NCBI GenBank assembly: GCA_964016885.1
Contig: OZ024743.1
Coordinates: 376,526,001 to 376,590,000 of the forward strand
Direction: 5' to 3'
DNA: 64,000 nt
Source: Eledone cirrhosa
Taxonomy: Eukaryota
The notes beneath the pieces were generated by a model. It saw only the letters and a list, made by a program, of their open reading frames with translations. It was not told the DNA's origin and made no database searches. The translations under genes were made by a program, and so were the position numbers. Positions 15,981 to 32,249 of the stretch are shown here, one piece after another; position 1 is the first letter of the stretch; each line of letters starts with the position of its first letter.

Positions 15981-16006
15981 CGATATCTATCTATCTACCT
16001 ATCCAT

Positions 16007-16075
<69 letters not shown>

Positions 16076-16144
16076 ACATAAACAGAGAAAGCCTTAAGCG
16101 ATACTCCGACCAACTCCATCTCACTCAACAAACATTAGGATATA

Positions 16145-16722
<578 letters not shown>

Positions 16723-16744
16723 TACATTTACACTTCTACATATA

Positions 16745-16863
16745 CGGTCTGAGTTCAAATCCCGCCGAGGTTAACTTTGCCTTTCATCCTTACGGGGTCG
16801 ATAAAATAAAGTACCAGTAATACACTGGGTAATTGCTGGCCGTGTGCCAAAAGTAGAAACAAG
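16745..16863 (+). mobile_element. OK-type SINE, 3' part
   Basis: GAGTTCAAATCCCGCCGAGGTTAACTTTGCCTTTCATCC...GTAGAAACAA. Confidence 0.85.
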
Positions 16864-16917
16864 TATTATGTAATGGTATAATTACGCGTATGTGGATTTG
16901 TTTGAGAGAGAGAGAGA

Positions 16918-16980
<63 letters not shown>

Positions 16981-17228
16981 GGAGGGCTAGATTCTGTGAG
17001 GAAGTGGGTGCGTGTATATGAGTGTGTGTGTGTGCACATATATATATGTGATTACATATTTATATATATGCGTGTGTGTATGTAGTTGGAGCTTCACTCA
17101 GAAATAAGATATTGCAGCAGGACTGTGTGCGTGTATAAGTGTGTGTGTGTGTATCTTTGTATATCTGTGTATGTATGTGACTGTTTGTGACTGTGTGTGT
17201 GTATAAGTGTGTGTGTATGTATCTTTGT

Positions 17229-17355
17229 ATATAACGAGATCGGCCGAAAAAAGAAATCGAACGTTTGTTTGTTATTATTTCGGGGATTGAAAACATTTTC
17301 GTTATACTAAAAAAAATCGTTATAATGGTATTCGTTATAACGGAATTATACCTGT
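17229..17355. mobile_element. Possible Tc1/pogo-type MITE end
   Basis: Repeated CGTTATA motifs ending CGTTATAACGGAATTATACCTG-TA, resembling Tigger-like TIRs; the other end is not seen. Confidence 0.35.
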
Positions 17356-17400
17356 AATAGCGAGAGAGACGGAGACAGTGAATGAAAGAGAGGGAACATC

Positions 17401-17442
<42 letters not shown>

Positions 17443-17727
17443 ATATTTATATCCAACAATTCATATACAACTATTACAAAGTACTGTGATTAAGCCAGCC
17501 ATTAATAAAGCTGTAACATTCATATATATCAGCTACACACTGGACATCGGCTGGACATAATATTGACAGACAGTCATCATCGTTAGGACTGCACAGTCAC
17601 TATTCTCCCAACCGCCCATCCACCAATCGAACATACTGCGTAGGCCAATATATACAAAGTATATCTATCTCAAAGGCGTATGTTTGTTTAATTTAGATGC
17701 GCATTAAGTATAAATATAGACGCAGAC

Positions 17728-17762
<35 letters not shown>

Positions 17763-17806
17763 ATCAACACTATACACACAGAGCTGGCATATCTAAGAAC
17801 TGACTA

Positions 17807-17862
17807 ACTGCCTGATGAGGTCATAGCCATTCAATGGCTATCATCGAAATATATATAGCAGT
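17807..17862 (+). ncRNA. Minimal type I hammerhead ribozyme (C-C family), best-formed solo copy
   Basis: ACTGC CTGATGA GGTCATAGCCAT..ATGGCTATCATC GAAA TATATA TA GCAGT, then AATAAA at 17864. Confidence 0.85.
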
Positions 17863-17907
17863 AAATAAAGGATTATGAGGTCATGCAATTGACTTATGTT
17901 TCGTCAC

Positions 17908-18057
<150 letters not shown>

Positions 18058-18697
18058 TATATATATATAAATACATACATAAATATATATATTTATATAT
18101 TTATATATATATATAAATATGTATATATATATTGGAATGCGTGTTTAAAATACCATGACAGTTAAAACATTCAAACCTTTACTGAATGACTTCACAATAA
18201 TTGTGTACATACCCCCCCCCCCACTCACACACTCATAAACTCACACACACGTACACACACACACATAGACACACACTCACCTACATATATATATATTAAG
18301 GAAGAGAGAACAAAGTTTAAATTTAACACATTTTATTGATAATCACGTGTGACACGTGTTTCGCAACTGATCAGCTCACGACCTTACTCGATTACAATCG
18401 GCATTTATGTGTGTATGTGTATCTGGCTGTATCTGTGTGTAGATATATTGATTCTATATCCCGTAAACTAGCTGTTCGGCAAACAGTGATCGACAAAATA
18501 TATACCAGACTTGTAATAAAACATTACTGAGGTCGATCTGATTGACCAAATCCCTTCAAGGCGTTGCACTAACACCGTCTGATAAATGAAATATATAAAT
18601 GAATAAATATATAAACATATAGAAAATTTACGATTAGTTTCGTCTCATATATATATATATATATGTATTTATTTATGTATGTATGTATGTATGTATG

Positions 18698-19140
18698 TCT
18701 TAAGAGTCAATGGCCATCTAAAATCATCGGGAGAGATGACCCCTTAGCCTTTGTCAAGGCAGAATTCTAGGAGAAGGAAAACTCTGATATAACACCTGCA
18801 ACCCTGATGGTATCCAATGATGTTGACTTGTTCTTCTTTTTGGTAAATATCATCTTGGTTAAGAGAGTGGGACTGGCTTTGTGCAGTGCCTTTGCTCACT
18901 ATAAAAGCTTCATGGCACAGGCATTGCTTTATATCTGGAGATCTCTCTGCACTTGTCATCACATGGTACCATGGGCCCAGCACTATGTGTCAATAATTGT
19001 CACAAGTGTAGTGTTTGTACCAGAGTTTTCAAGTCGCTGGCTGGACTAAAAAGTCACACTTGCTCAGCGCATCGGTAGGGGTTCTCCTACATGGATATAA
19101 AGTAGTGGCCGTACTCGAAAACGAGTTGGCAGCCACCATA
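18698..19140 (+). mobile_element. RTE-derived non-autonomous repeat, second copy
   Basis: Near-identical to the reverse complement of 1566-1993; flanked by (TATG)n. Confidence 0.7.
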
Positions 19141-19237
19141 CATGTATGTATGTATGTATGTATGTATGTATGTATGTATGTATGTATGTATGTATGTATG
19201 TATGTATATGTAAAAAGTAAACAGAAGTAACAAAAGA

Positions 19238-19275
19238 ATCTTAACATTTCGGACACTAGTCCTTCATCAGAAGAT
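19238..19275 (-). ncRNA. Minimal hammerhead ribozyme (short stem II)
   Basis: Minus: ATCTT CTGATGA A GGAC TAGT GTCC GAAA TG TT AAGAT; 5-bp stem I, GUU triplet. Confidence 0.6.
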
Positions 19276-19379
19276 AGAGTTAGAAATGAAATATAAAATA
19301 GAAAAGTAAAGATTGAGGAAAGGAAGGAACGGGGACATATGGGGGGGGGGGGGGGGGGGGTGGAGGGGGGAAACACATT

Positions 19380-19905
19380 CACATTAGAATTCCCCAAATC
19401 TGGGCTGCAATGGAGCAAATGGAAAGGATATGTAAATTAGATCAATCCGGAAAAATCAAAATAGCAATCTTCAGAGCATCTTTTGAGTCAATGTTGGTGT
19501 ATGGATCAGGTACATGGACCCTGACACAAACACTTAAGAAGCAACTAGATGGTGCATACACTAAAATACTTAGGGTTGTACAAAACATAAACTAGTGCCA
19601 ATGTATTACAAATCAAAGTTTATACAGAAACTTGCCCAAGAAGACAACTACAATTGCTCAAAGACTGTTACAATTTGTAAGACATTACTGGAGAAGTAAG
19701 CAGGAAGTTATACACAAGTTACTATTGTGGGAACTAATTCATGAGAGATGCAGGAAAGGAAGACCTGCTCGAACCTTCATCGATCGACTCTCAGACGATA
19801 GAAACCTTAGTGAGAAACAGTTGCCAGGAGCAATGGAAAATCGTGAATTGTGGAGAGACTTTGTCATGAATGTTTGACTGTGGTCGCAATGATGATGATG
19901 ATGAT
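19380..19905 (+). mobile_element. RTE-clade LINE 3' fragment
   Basis: KIAIFRASFESMLVYGSGTWTLT..LDGAYTKILR, GRPARTFIDRL, ENRELWR; in-frame stop; (ATG)n tail. Confidence 0.8.
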
Positions 19906-20094
19906 AAATATAACATGTCACAACCATTTCCTTACAGAGAGGAAATGGAAGAATATTTTATTTAACAAAACACAGAATAACACAATGCATCCTACACAAA
20001 CACCATTCTGATCGTCACTAACACCACCATAACAGCCATTATAACCATCGTAACCACAAACACCCCCAACATCTCTCACAGCACCAACACTCCC

Positions 20095-20723
20095 ATCATC
20101 ATCACCACCACCACCATAACCACCACCACCACCACCACCACCACCACCACCACTACCACCACCATCACAACCACCACCACAACCGCCACCACCACCACCA
20201 CCACCACCACCACCACCACTTCCACCACCATCAAAACCACCGCCACCACCACCACCATAACCACCACCAACACCACCACCACCACCACCACAACCACCAC
20301 CACCACCACAACCACCACCACTACCACCACCATCACAACCACCGCCACCACCATCAAACCACCACCACCACCACCACCACCACCACCACAATCACCACCA
20401 ACCCCAACACCAACCCCAACACCAACACCACCACCACCACCACAACCACCACCACCACCACAACCACCACCACTACCACCACCACCATTACAACCACCGC
20501 CACCACCACCATCACAACCACCACCACCACCACCACCACCACCACCACCACCACCACCAACCCCAACACCAACCCCAACACCAACACCACCACCAACACC
20601 ACCATCATCAGCCCAGCGCACTAACGATTCTGCCAATTCATTGCCCTCAGTAATGATAATAATAATAATAACGAGAAGAAGAAGAAGAAGAAGAAGAAGA
20701 AGAAGAAGAAGAAGAAGAAGAAG

Positions 20724-20755
<32 letters not shown>
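20095..20755. repeat. (ACC)n low-complexity tract followed by (AGA)n
   Basis: Direct inspection. Confidence 0.9.
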
Positions 20756-20758
<3 letters not shown>

Positions 20759-21183
20759 TGAAAGCTAAGAAGGTGGTGGTATACGGGGTAGTGGTGGCTA
20801 TTGTTAAGAGAATGAAGAGGGTTGACAAGAAAGTTTAAATATGTTAGTTCAATAAATGACATCTAGGTGAGTATGAAACAACTGCAATGGCGCCAACAGA
20901 GTAGTGTGCAGCACAAGTAATGGCCTACAGCATAGTGTGTGTGTGTGTGTGTGTCTGTGTGTTTGTGTATGTACGTGTGTGTGTGTGTGTGTGTGTATGT
21001 ACGTGTGTGTGTGTGTGTACGTGGTTATGTGTGTGTGTGTGTTTAGTGGCGGCTGTCAATCTTACAGACCCTCGGCTGATTATGTCTGACGAATTGGAGT
21101 CAACAGCGGACATGTTTCACTTAGATTATAGAAATAACCGCAGTCAGCACCGCTCTCTTACAGCTCACCCACCTTAAATGTGC

Positions 21184-21413
<230 letters not shown>

Positions 21414-21426
21414 ATATATATATATT

Positions 21427-21641
<215 letters not shown>

Positions 21642-21732
21642 GCATGCATAAACACACATACTCTTCGGGTTGTGCAACTGTACTGTTCTTACTGCCCACT
21701 CGATTTGGTACCTAGACATACAGACGTACACC

Positions 21733-21793
<61 letters not shown>

Positions 21794-21903
21794 ACATATG
21801 TGTGAGGGAGGGAGTGAGATAGAAAAAGAAAGAGACTATTTTGTTTTTCCATCTATATCATCTAATTCCGGCTGTTGGTGACAGAAACAATGCATACATA
21901 CAG

Positions 21904-21942
<39 letters not shown>

Positions 21943-22070
21943 CATATGTGTGTGTATATATATATATACACACACATACACATATTTATATTTATATATA
22001 AATATAAATATACATATACTTATTTGTGTATATATTCATGTATATATATACATATATGTATATATATACA

Positions 22071-22217
<147 letters not shown>

Positions 22218-22599
22218 GTATATATAAATATATATATACATACATATAAATATTTAGTTGGTCGGTAGGTTTATCAAACCAACCGGAAGCTTTGCTGATG
22301 AATTTGATTGACGTCCTCATTAAGATAATAATTGTAAACACATTCACCCAACCACACACACTCATATACCCCAGCACTTACATAGATACCCATACAGAGT
22401 CTCAAACACTCACACTCACACACACACGCCCCACCATGTATATAAATATATTTATATATACACACACACACACACACACATATATACATGTACATACGCA
22501 GGCACACACACGTACACACATATATATATGTATACATATGTAGATACATTGTGGAAAGTGATAGACAGGAAGGTAAACTGACGAATATATCGACAGACT

Positions 22600-22687
<88 letters not shown>

Positions 22688-22752
22688 TTTTATGCTTTGG
22701 GAGGGTCATGTTGCCAATAAACGAAATATATATATATATATATATATATATA

Positions 22753-22915
22753 GGAAAAAGTATGATGCCGACGGCAGAGACTAGAAATAGCCGTCGAAAC
22801 GGCTTGAGCTCTGCCGTCGGGGTCATACTTTTTCCTATTACCCACTCTACTACCCTAAGTATTGAGTACTCTGGTGCGTTATGGTCCATCTGGTTCCTTA
22901 CCACAATTCCTTCGT
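22753..22915 (+). mobile_element. GGAAAA-palindrome family element with tail
   Basis: GGAAAAAGTATGATGCCG...TTTTTCC plus TATTACCCACTC...CTTCGT, inside (TA)n. Confidence 0.8.
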
Positions 22916-22925
22916 TATATATATA

Positions 22926-23155
22926 TCGAAACAGAAACAGAACCTATAAAATTCAAGAAGTCTTTGGACAAATTCCCCCAAGAAATCCCGGATAAGCCTC
23001 CTACATCCGGATATGTTTCCGCAAACAATAACTCTCTACTTGAGTGGGCCATGGTGTCCAAATCCTGATTTGAAAGACTTCGCCAGGTGGTTCTATTAAG
23101 TTAGACATGGCCTGGGCCAATACTGGCCCAAACCCATGGAAGTTATCAAATTTAT
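22926..23155 (+). mobile_element. CR1/L2-like LINE extreme 3' fragment
   Basis: IKFKKSLDKFPQEIPDKPPTSGYVSANNNSLLEW resembles the CR1-group ORF2 C-terminus. Confidence 0.55.
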
Positions 23156-23377
23156 ATATATGCCTAAAAAGCAAAATGAATAAAATCTGGGAAACTATCG
23201 ATGGTCCGCCTAAATGACAAACAAGGATCAGTTTATAATAGATTATATGTATATGTGACACGGTGAGATATGTCTTTCCCTATTTCTGGTGGTGACAATG
23301 TGAAAAAGCATCATAAAATAACTTTTCTTTGTTAGGTTATTAACCATCCCCCTAATATCTCATATTCCCTAGTAAAA

Positions 23378-23828
23378 GGTTGTATTAAACAGACCTCTAC
23401 GACGGTATATTATACCAGTATACTACTGTATTAAACAACCCTCAAAGGCGGTATATATAACGGTATACCACTGCATAAAACAGCCCAATAAAACAGTGCA
23501 TATACTAGGTATGCCACTGTATTAAACAACTCCTCAAGGCGGTGTATATAGCAGTATACCATTATATTAAACAATTGTATCTAATAAGAGGCTATTGCAT
23601 TAAACAATCGCCAAAGGTGGTGTATATACAAGCATACCACTGCATTAACCCCCTATGCGGTGTATATACTAGTGTACCACTGTATTAAACAACCCCTCTA
23701 AGATGGTGTATATATCAGTATAACACTGTATTAAACAACCCCCTAAGATGATATACCAGTATATCACTGCATCAAACAACCCCATATGACGGTGTATATA
23801 CCTGTATACCATTGTATTAAACAACCCT
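23378..23828. repeat. Degenerate minisatellite, unit about 46 bp
   Basis: Recurrent GTATTAAACAACCC...GGTGTATATA..AGTATACCACT, about 10 units. Confidence 0.85.
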
Positions 23829-23879
23829 TCTCTCGTTCTTCCCATTTCTCACTATTATAAGGACACGGGAGCCCACGCG

Positions 23880-24066
23880 TTGGCCTTGCCGCGGCCCGTT
23901 GGACGGGATAGAGAAGGCGTTTTCCCCGGAGGATGGTGAGGGAGACGTGTTGGAAGAGCCATTCCAGCTCGCGAGGCTCACACCTGCGAGTAGCCAACTC
24001 TGTGCCGATGGTGGTGAGTAGGGAGTGGTCCTAGGGCCAAGGACACCAGAAGTCTCTATGCTAGAC
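23880..24066 (-). mobile_element. CRE-clade RLE retrotransposon 3' fragment
   Basis: Minus translation with frameshifts: IETSGVLGP...LLTTIGTELA...LEWLFQHVSLTILRG(N)AFSI, matching the CRE-type C-terminal pattern. Confidence 0.6.
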
Positions 24067-24103
24067 CTGGTAACTATACTTCATTATTTCGTCCCTCACC
24101 CAA

Positions 24104-24296
24104 AGGCGGTGCATTGACAGGATCGTTAGAGCGTCGGACAAAATACTCTTCAGTATTTAAGTTTTCTGGGTTCAAATCACAGAGATCAACTTCATCTTTC
24201 ACCTGGGTTCGATAAAATGAAATACCAGTCAAATACTGAAGTCAATGTAATCGATTTTCTCCTCCCTCTAAAATTGTCGGCCGTGTACCTAGATTA
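24104..24296 (+). mobile_element. OK-type SINE, diverged
   Basis: GGCGGTGCATTGACAG..GTTAGAGCGTCGGAC, GGGTTCAAATC, GATAAAATGAAATACCAGT. Confidence 0.65.
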
Positions 24297-24437
24297 AGGA
24301 CAGTTAATTTTGCCCCCCCCCCCCCGTCATTTTCCTCTTCTCTTCTTCTTGCCCCTCCCCCTATATGTAATGTCAAATATACCAACTATACACTCTTTAC
24401 GACTTCATCATATTCATCCTCCTCTTCACCGCCATCA

Positions 24438-24935
24438 TCACCACCACTACAATCCCCCATCCCCACTACCATCACCAACGTCACCACTACAATCCCCCAT
24501 CCCCACTACCATCACCAACGTCACCACTACAATCCCCCATCCCCACTACCATCACCAACGTCACCACTACAATCCCCCATCCCCACTACCATCACCAACA
24601 TCACCACTACAATCCCCCATCCCCACTACCATCACCAACGTCACCACTACAATCCCCCATCCCCACTACCATCACCAACGTCACCACTACAATCCCCCAT
24701 CCCCACTACCATCACCAACATCACCACTACAATCCCCCATCCCCACTACCATCACCAACATCACCACTACAATCCCCCATCCCCACTACCATCACCAACA
24801 TCACCACTACAATCCCCCATCCCCACTACCATCACCAACATCACCACCACTACAATCCCCCATCCCCACTACCATCACCATCATCACCACCACTACAATC
24901 CCCCATCCCCACTACCATCACCAACATCACCACCA
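24438..24935. repeat. 40-bp minisatellite, about 12 units
   Basis: TCACCACTACAATCCCCCATCCCCACTACCATCACCAAC(G/A) tandem. Confidence 0.95.
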
Positions 24936-25404
24936 CCATCTTCAACATCATTCACCACCACCAGTTTTCCCTCTCTTTCTCTCACACACACTCAAACACA
25001 TCAACGTACACATTCACACACATATTTATACACATTTACACACACATTCACACATACACATTCACCTACACATATCCACACATCTAACATTTCATCTGTC
25101 GTCTGCTTCCTGTAGTCTATTTACCTACACTCTCTATCTCTCTATCCCACGCCATCTTTCTCTCGCTCAATCCATCCTCTCTCCCCATCTCTCTCTTTAA
25201 CTTTCTCTCTCTATCTGTATCCCTCCCCATCTCTCTTTCCAGCTTCCTATTCTCACTGTATCTCTCTCTATTCCCTTTTTCTATCTCTCTCTAATCCCTC
25301 ATTTCTCTTTCTGTTTATTTTTCTTCTCATCTCTCTAGCCCCTCTTTCTCTCCATGTCTCTCTAACCACCCTCTCTCTCCTTATTTCAGTTTCTCTTTCT
25401 CATA

Positions 25405-25485
<81 letters not shown>

Positions 25486-26303
25486 TCCAATCCTCCTCTC
25501 TCTCCATCTCTCTCTCTCTCACTCTCTCACTCTATCCTTCCTCTCTCTCCATTACTCTCAACCTTCCACTACTCTCTCACATAGAAAATATTCCATTACA
25601 GTAAATTAAATTCTTGCAAACCTTTCTATGGTCAACTAGGAAATGGTTTCATTGAAATTACAAGAAATTCAATCTGTGCAACTGCTAAAAAACAAAGAAA
25701 TATACTTTAGTCACAGCCATGCGTAGGATGACTGCGTCGTTAAGGAGTTCTGTTTGCATCTAAACTACCCAGTTTCGGCTCCAGTTGCACTGTGTGGCAC
25801 CTTGTGAGAGAGTTTTGGTAAATATAGGTGAAGAAATTATTACAGCCCAAAATATGAGATTTATCACAATAAACTCAGAAGGCTAAAAACAATTCTGTTT
25901 GAGTTGTATGAAATCCTTGTTTGAAGGTCTATATATATATATTTGGACATCTCAAAATCCAATAATTAATTCTACCTCTCAACAATGAATTCATTGCATG
26001 TATCAATGAGTGTTAATGGGACCACTCAGATAAATCAATTGTTGCGACCATCGTTCAAATGCGACTTCGATAAATCCCTCATATATATATACTCACCCCA
26101 CACCCTTCCACCACCTGTTTACCCCCCTTTTAATTTCAGTTTATTTTGATCATGCCTTTATTTTTAAATGTTCTCATTCCTTGTATTTTGATCATGCTTT
26201 ATTTTTATTTATTATATTTTTGTCTTTATTTGTTAATTTTTCATTCGCACCGTTTCCTTTCGCTATATGTCTCTCCACCACTCCCCTACACACCTTTTGA
26301 ACT

Positions 26304-26340
26304 CTCACCTGAAGAAGGGCTTATGCCCGAAACGTCGTCC
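26304..26340 (+). ncRNA. Minimal hammerhead motif (PLE-type), weak stem I
   Basis: CTGAAGA A GGGC TTAT GCCC GAAA CG TC; ACGT palindromic stem III; AATAAA at about 26375; stem I only about 2 bp. Confidence 0.55.
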
Positions 26341-26424
26341 TCCACCTACCCCCCACTCTCCTGAGCGTGAATTTAATAAACATTTATCGTACTGCCTCTC
26401 TGTTCTGTCCGTGTTCAATTTTTC

Positions 26425-26534
<110 letters not shown>

Positions 26535-26922
26535 TATATATATAATAGTAATGTTAATGACAGTAAATTTTACTCATTTACTAGAAGTTTCTTTAGCTCA
26601 AAGCAATGATTGTTTACTAACCAAATAATTTAAGAGTTCAAGGCAATTAATAATAACAATTGTTTCTTCCCACGGTGATATACCGCATTTAGCAGATCAT
26701 TTTATTTAACAAGTTGCCATTAGTGAGTATAGACCGTGGGTGTCATCAGAGTTTAATAAAAAAAATACCAATACATCCAGGAAAAAATAGAACAGATAAT
26801 ATATATATATATATATCACTCATCGAAGTATCGAGATAAAGGTTTACAGTTAGAAACAGAGTTAAATAAACATCATAGTCAGAAAAATATAGTGTCAGTT
26901 GTGTTTCCTACAATGAATTGGA

Positions 26923-27033
26923 TTTTATAGTTTAAAAATTGGTGTCATTTGTATCAAAAGTTTACCTGAAATAAATTTGAATCCATAAAGGTAAACTTTT
27001 AATACAAATGCCACCATTTTTTGAGCTATAAAA
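26923..27033. repeat. Imperfect inverted repeat (MITE-like)
   Basis: TTTTATAGTTTAAAAATTGGTGTCATTTGTATCAAAAGTTTACCT pairs with AGGTAAACTTTTAATACAAATGCCACCATTTTTTGAGCTATAAAA. Confidence 0.7.
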
Positions 27034-27601
27034 TATACCCATTAAGAGCCCGCCACTATATATACCAAATCAAGCAACTGTCCACCATATACACCCGTTC
27101 ACAATATATACTCGTTAATAACCGTCATATACAGTCAGTGAAACTTACGTCTACCTTATACAACCGTTAACAACAGTCCAACATATACATCCGTCAAAAC
27201 TTTCGTTACCAAATTTCTACCGAAATACACTTCATATGCATTTCAAATGTAAAAATAACAAAAAATTAGGAAATAACAGAAAAATAACTAACTTTGATGT
27301 TATTATGTTGGTGTTTTGAACATAATTTAAATAACATTTATACATAAACTTATGATAGAAGGTTTTTAAATAAATAAAAATAGAAGGAATTTAAAATAAG
27401 AGGCTTTGTATCATAGAATGGTGGGCGGTTTCAACCGGTTTGGTATGAAAAGTGTTAACAGCTGTCCGCACTATACTACTAGCAACAGTGCGTTCACTAA
27501 CTCTCATTAGTTAAAGATTATATGCCGACATAGAGAAGGAGAAAATTTCCATTATATGAACGCCGTATGGACAAAGCTATTTGTGACATCCGTGGACGTA
27601 T

Positions 27602-27714
<113 letters not shown>

Positions 27715-27739
27715 ACACACATATATATGTACATTTGTG

Positions 27740-27793
<54 letters not shown>

Positions 27794-27822
27794 TATATAT
27801 ATATATACACATATATATATAT

Positions 27823-27863
<41 letters not shown>

Positions 27864-27983
27864 TATACACATATATATACATATATATACATATATAAAT
27901 AGATATATGTATATGTGTGTGTGTGTCTGTGAATACACACACACTCACACACACATATATATGAATGAGAGAGAGATAAATAT

Positions 27984-28058
<75 letters not shown>

Positions 28059-28379
28059 ATATATATGTGTGTGTGTGTGCGTGCGTGGTGACTGTGTGTG
28101 TATGTTTAGATAGGAGTGCCCGTGTTCTATAGTATCAACTTGTATATATTATCTGTTATAGGATCTTGTATGAGCCAGCGAATATATTGGGATTGTAGAT
28201 ATTATCTATTGTATAAACAATAACAGCATTTAATATCTATGTGATAGCATCTGTTGTATGAACATTGAGATATAACTATGTATCACGTGTTACAGGAACG
28301 TGTTGATAGTGCCGATCTCTGTATGATCTTAGCATATCATTCGGACTTCATGTATACATACGTGTATATATATATATAC

Positions 28380-28545
<166 letters not shown>

Positions 28546-28583
28546 CACATACATATAAGTATAAATATATATATGAATATATA

Positions 28584-28616
<33 letters not shown>

Positions 28617-28922
28617 ATAAATATATAAATATATATACATACATAAATGTATGTATATATATATAAGTACATACATACATAATTATTTATGGGTGTTTTA
28701 TGAATAACCATACAGTAATCAGAGTCGAACATGAACTGTAAAACCACTCAATAAATAGAGAGTAGAATATAGAATGATGTATACACACACACGCACGCAC
28801 ACACACTCACATACATACACACACATATACATACACATACGCACACATATGGATATGACGTTACATTTTTATACATATGATATGATTGTATCTATGAATA
28901 TATATTATATATATATATATAA

Positions 28923-29033
<111 letters not shown>

Positions 29034-29365
29034 TATGTATGTGTGTCTGTAAATATATATGGTGCCGTCTGTATGAGTGAATGTATGTCGAAATTTACTT
29101 AGATTTCCATATTATATTATATAAAAACCATCACATTCTTATACACTCTGTGTATAATCTTTAGCATTATAAACACCTTCATTCATACATAACCAGATAT
29201 ATAAAACTTTAACAGTAGATATAATAGATATATGTATATAAATACACACACATATGTATTTATATGTATATATATGTATGCATATATACATATATATGTA
29301 TGTGCATAGACACACACACACACACCCACACATATATATATATATATACATACATACATATATAT

Positions 29366-29420
29366 CCAGAAATAGCCGTCGAAACGGCATGAGCTCTGCC
29401 GTCGGGGTCATACTTTTTCC
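29366..29420 (+). mobile_element. GGAAAA-palindrome family, right arm only
   Basis: CCAGAAATAGCCGTCGAAACGGC...GGGGTCATACTTTTTCC. Confidence 0.7.
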
Positions 29421-29522
29421 TACACACACACACACATATATATATATATAAACACACATATGCACACACACACACCCACATTCATACACACAAAACAACA
29501 CACACATATAAAGATTTATATA

Positions 29523-29557
<35 letters not shown>

Positions 29558-29859
29558 GCATATAGATAGATATGAACAGGCATGGGCGTGCTTGTAGGAT
29601 AATGTATTGTATTTTAAAGATTACTGCTAATGGGCATATACATGTGGCTTATTAAATTTGTTAATGTATGTACATATAATGTAATGAATGTGGCGATATT
29701 GTAATGATATCTAGCGTATTACATGTGGTGTTTGTGTGTGTATGTTCTGACATGTTGTGCATTTAGTGATGAAGCAAATGACAGCTGAACTCTGCATCCT
29801 ATTAGTTCGCGACGAAATAATATTTCATAATCCCATTCTTACAAACGCCATATATATAT

Positions 29860-29935
<76 letters not shown>

Positions 29936-29936
29936 A

Positions 29937-30065
<129 letters not shown>

Positions 30066-30066
30066 A

Positions 30067-30180
<114 letters not shown>

Positions 30181-30281
30181 ATATATATATATATATATGT
30201 ATGTATATATATATATATAAAGAGAGAGAGAGAGAGAGCGAGATAGAGAGAGAGAGAGAGAGAGAGTGAGAGAGAGAGAGA

Positions 30282-30346
<65 letters not shown>

Positions 30347-30478
30347 AGTATATCTACCAACATATGTACACAGATGTATGCCCATACTAGCAAATATATA
30401 TGTTATGTCTTAGTACCTTTGTGGTTCTATGCAGGGGGATGCAGAACAATTATATGAAAGACGTAAAATAAGTACGTC

Positions 30479-30561
<83 letters not shown>

Positions 30562-30714
30562 TTAGGGATTGTAACGTCAAGTATACATCTAAATATATAT
30601 ATATATATATATATGAATGTATATATAGTGTATTTTGCAATACACTGTATGCTTAATTAAAAGCATTTCGAAGACCTTATGCTATTGTTTTAGAGTAGTG
30701 ACAGACGCACTTAC

Positions 30715-30754
<40 letters not shown>

Positions 30755-30772
30755 CGTATACTAAATTATCTA

Positions 30773-30839
<67 letters not shown>

Positions 30840-30840
30840 G

Positions 30841-30871
<31 letters not shown>

Positions 30872-30878
30872 TTATATG

Positions 30879-30997
<119 letters not shown>

Positions 30998-31357
30998 GTA
31001 TATATATATATATATATATACATACATACATACGTATATATATACACACACGCGCATACACAGGCATAATTTCTGTAAGTTAGAGTAAGAATAAAACCCT
31101 CATATATTCTTTGTGTCACTTATGGAATTGGTAAAGCATCTAACATTTTAAGCGGGGATAGTCTTGAAATGTGAATGTAGGTGATACTGAACTGATGTAA
31201 AGATGTACAATATTGGTTTAAACTGCTGTAGGTAAGCGTCCACAATATTTAAGGTTCCACAATATTTATTTGTCATTTACACAGGTAAATTATTATTAGT
31301 TTCTCGCAAGTGCCACGATGAAATATTTAGTCAGTAGAATCTTTTACGCTTAATCCG

Positions 31358-31433
<76 letters not shown>

Positions 31434-31435
<2 letters not shown>

Positions 31436-31603
31436 AAAAAGTATGACCCCGACGGCAGAGCTCAAGCCGTTTCAATAGCCCTCGAAATGGCTTGAGCTCT
31501 GCCGTCGGAGTCATACTTTTTCCTATTACCCACTCTACTACCCTAAGTATTGAGTACTCTGGTGCGTTATGGTCCATCTGGTTCCTTACCACAATTCCTT
31601 CGT
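31434..31603 (+). mobile_element. GGAAAA-palindrome family element with tail
   Basis: Fold-back plus about 80-bp tail, inside (TA)n. Confidence 0.8.
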
Positions 31604-31634
31604 TATATATATATATACATACTTACACACATAG

Positions 31635-31705
<71 letters not shown>

Positions 31706-32205
31706 ATTGTATTATATTATATTATATAGATATGCATATATATATGAATATATATACAAGCACACACAAACACACAATTTTAAAATTAATATATATACAT
31801 ACATATATGTATATATATATAATATATATATATATGTATGTGTGTGTACATGTGTGTATATATATATGTGTGTGTGTGTGTGTAAATTTATTTCTAATAG
31901 GAATTATATATTCTACAAATTGACTGTAACATGTCGACAACTCATTTAAATATTTTTCAACTTAGAACATATAGATAAAAATGTATGTATGTATGTATGT
32001 ATGTATGTATGTATGTATGTATGTATGTATGTATGTATGTATGTAGGTATGTATGTATCTATGTATGTATGTATGTATTATATGCGTGTATGTGTGCACT
32101 AAATATTTACAAATTAATTAATATATTTCTGTGTGTGAAGGTATATTTATATATATATATATATTCATACACATACACACATACATATATATATATATAT
32201 GTGTA

Positions 32206-32249
<44 letters not shown>

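Noticed and set aside
19918-20838. Gly-rich, Val-rich and poly-Arg ORFs
   Set aside because: (ACC)n and (AGA)n low-complexity tracts.
22293-22330. CTGATGA motif (also at 26745-, 34229+, and CTGAAGA at 48037+)
   Set aside because: No stem II-GAAA follows; likely chance heptamers.
23378-23828. CRISPR-like periodicity
   Set aside because: Whole units are degenerate tandem copies with no unique spacers, no cas genes, and a eukaryotic context.
24310-25200. 296-aa His/Pro/Thr-rich ORF
   Set aside because: Derived from a 40-bp minisatellite cycling through frames.
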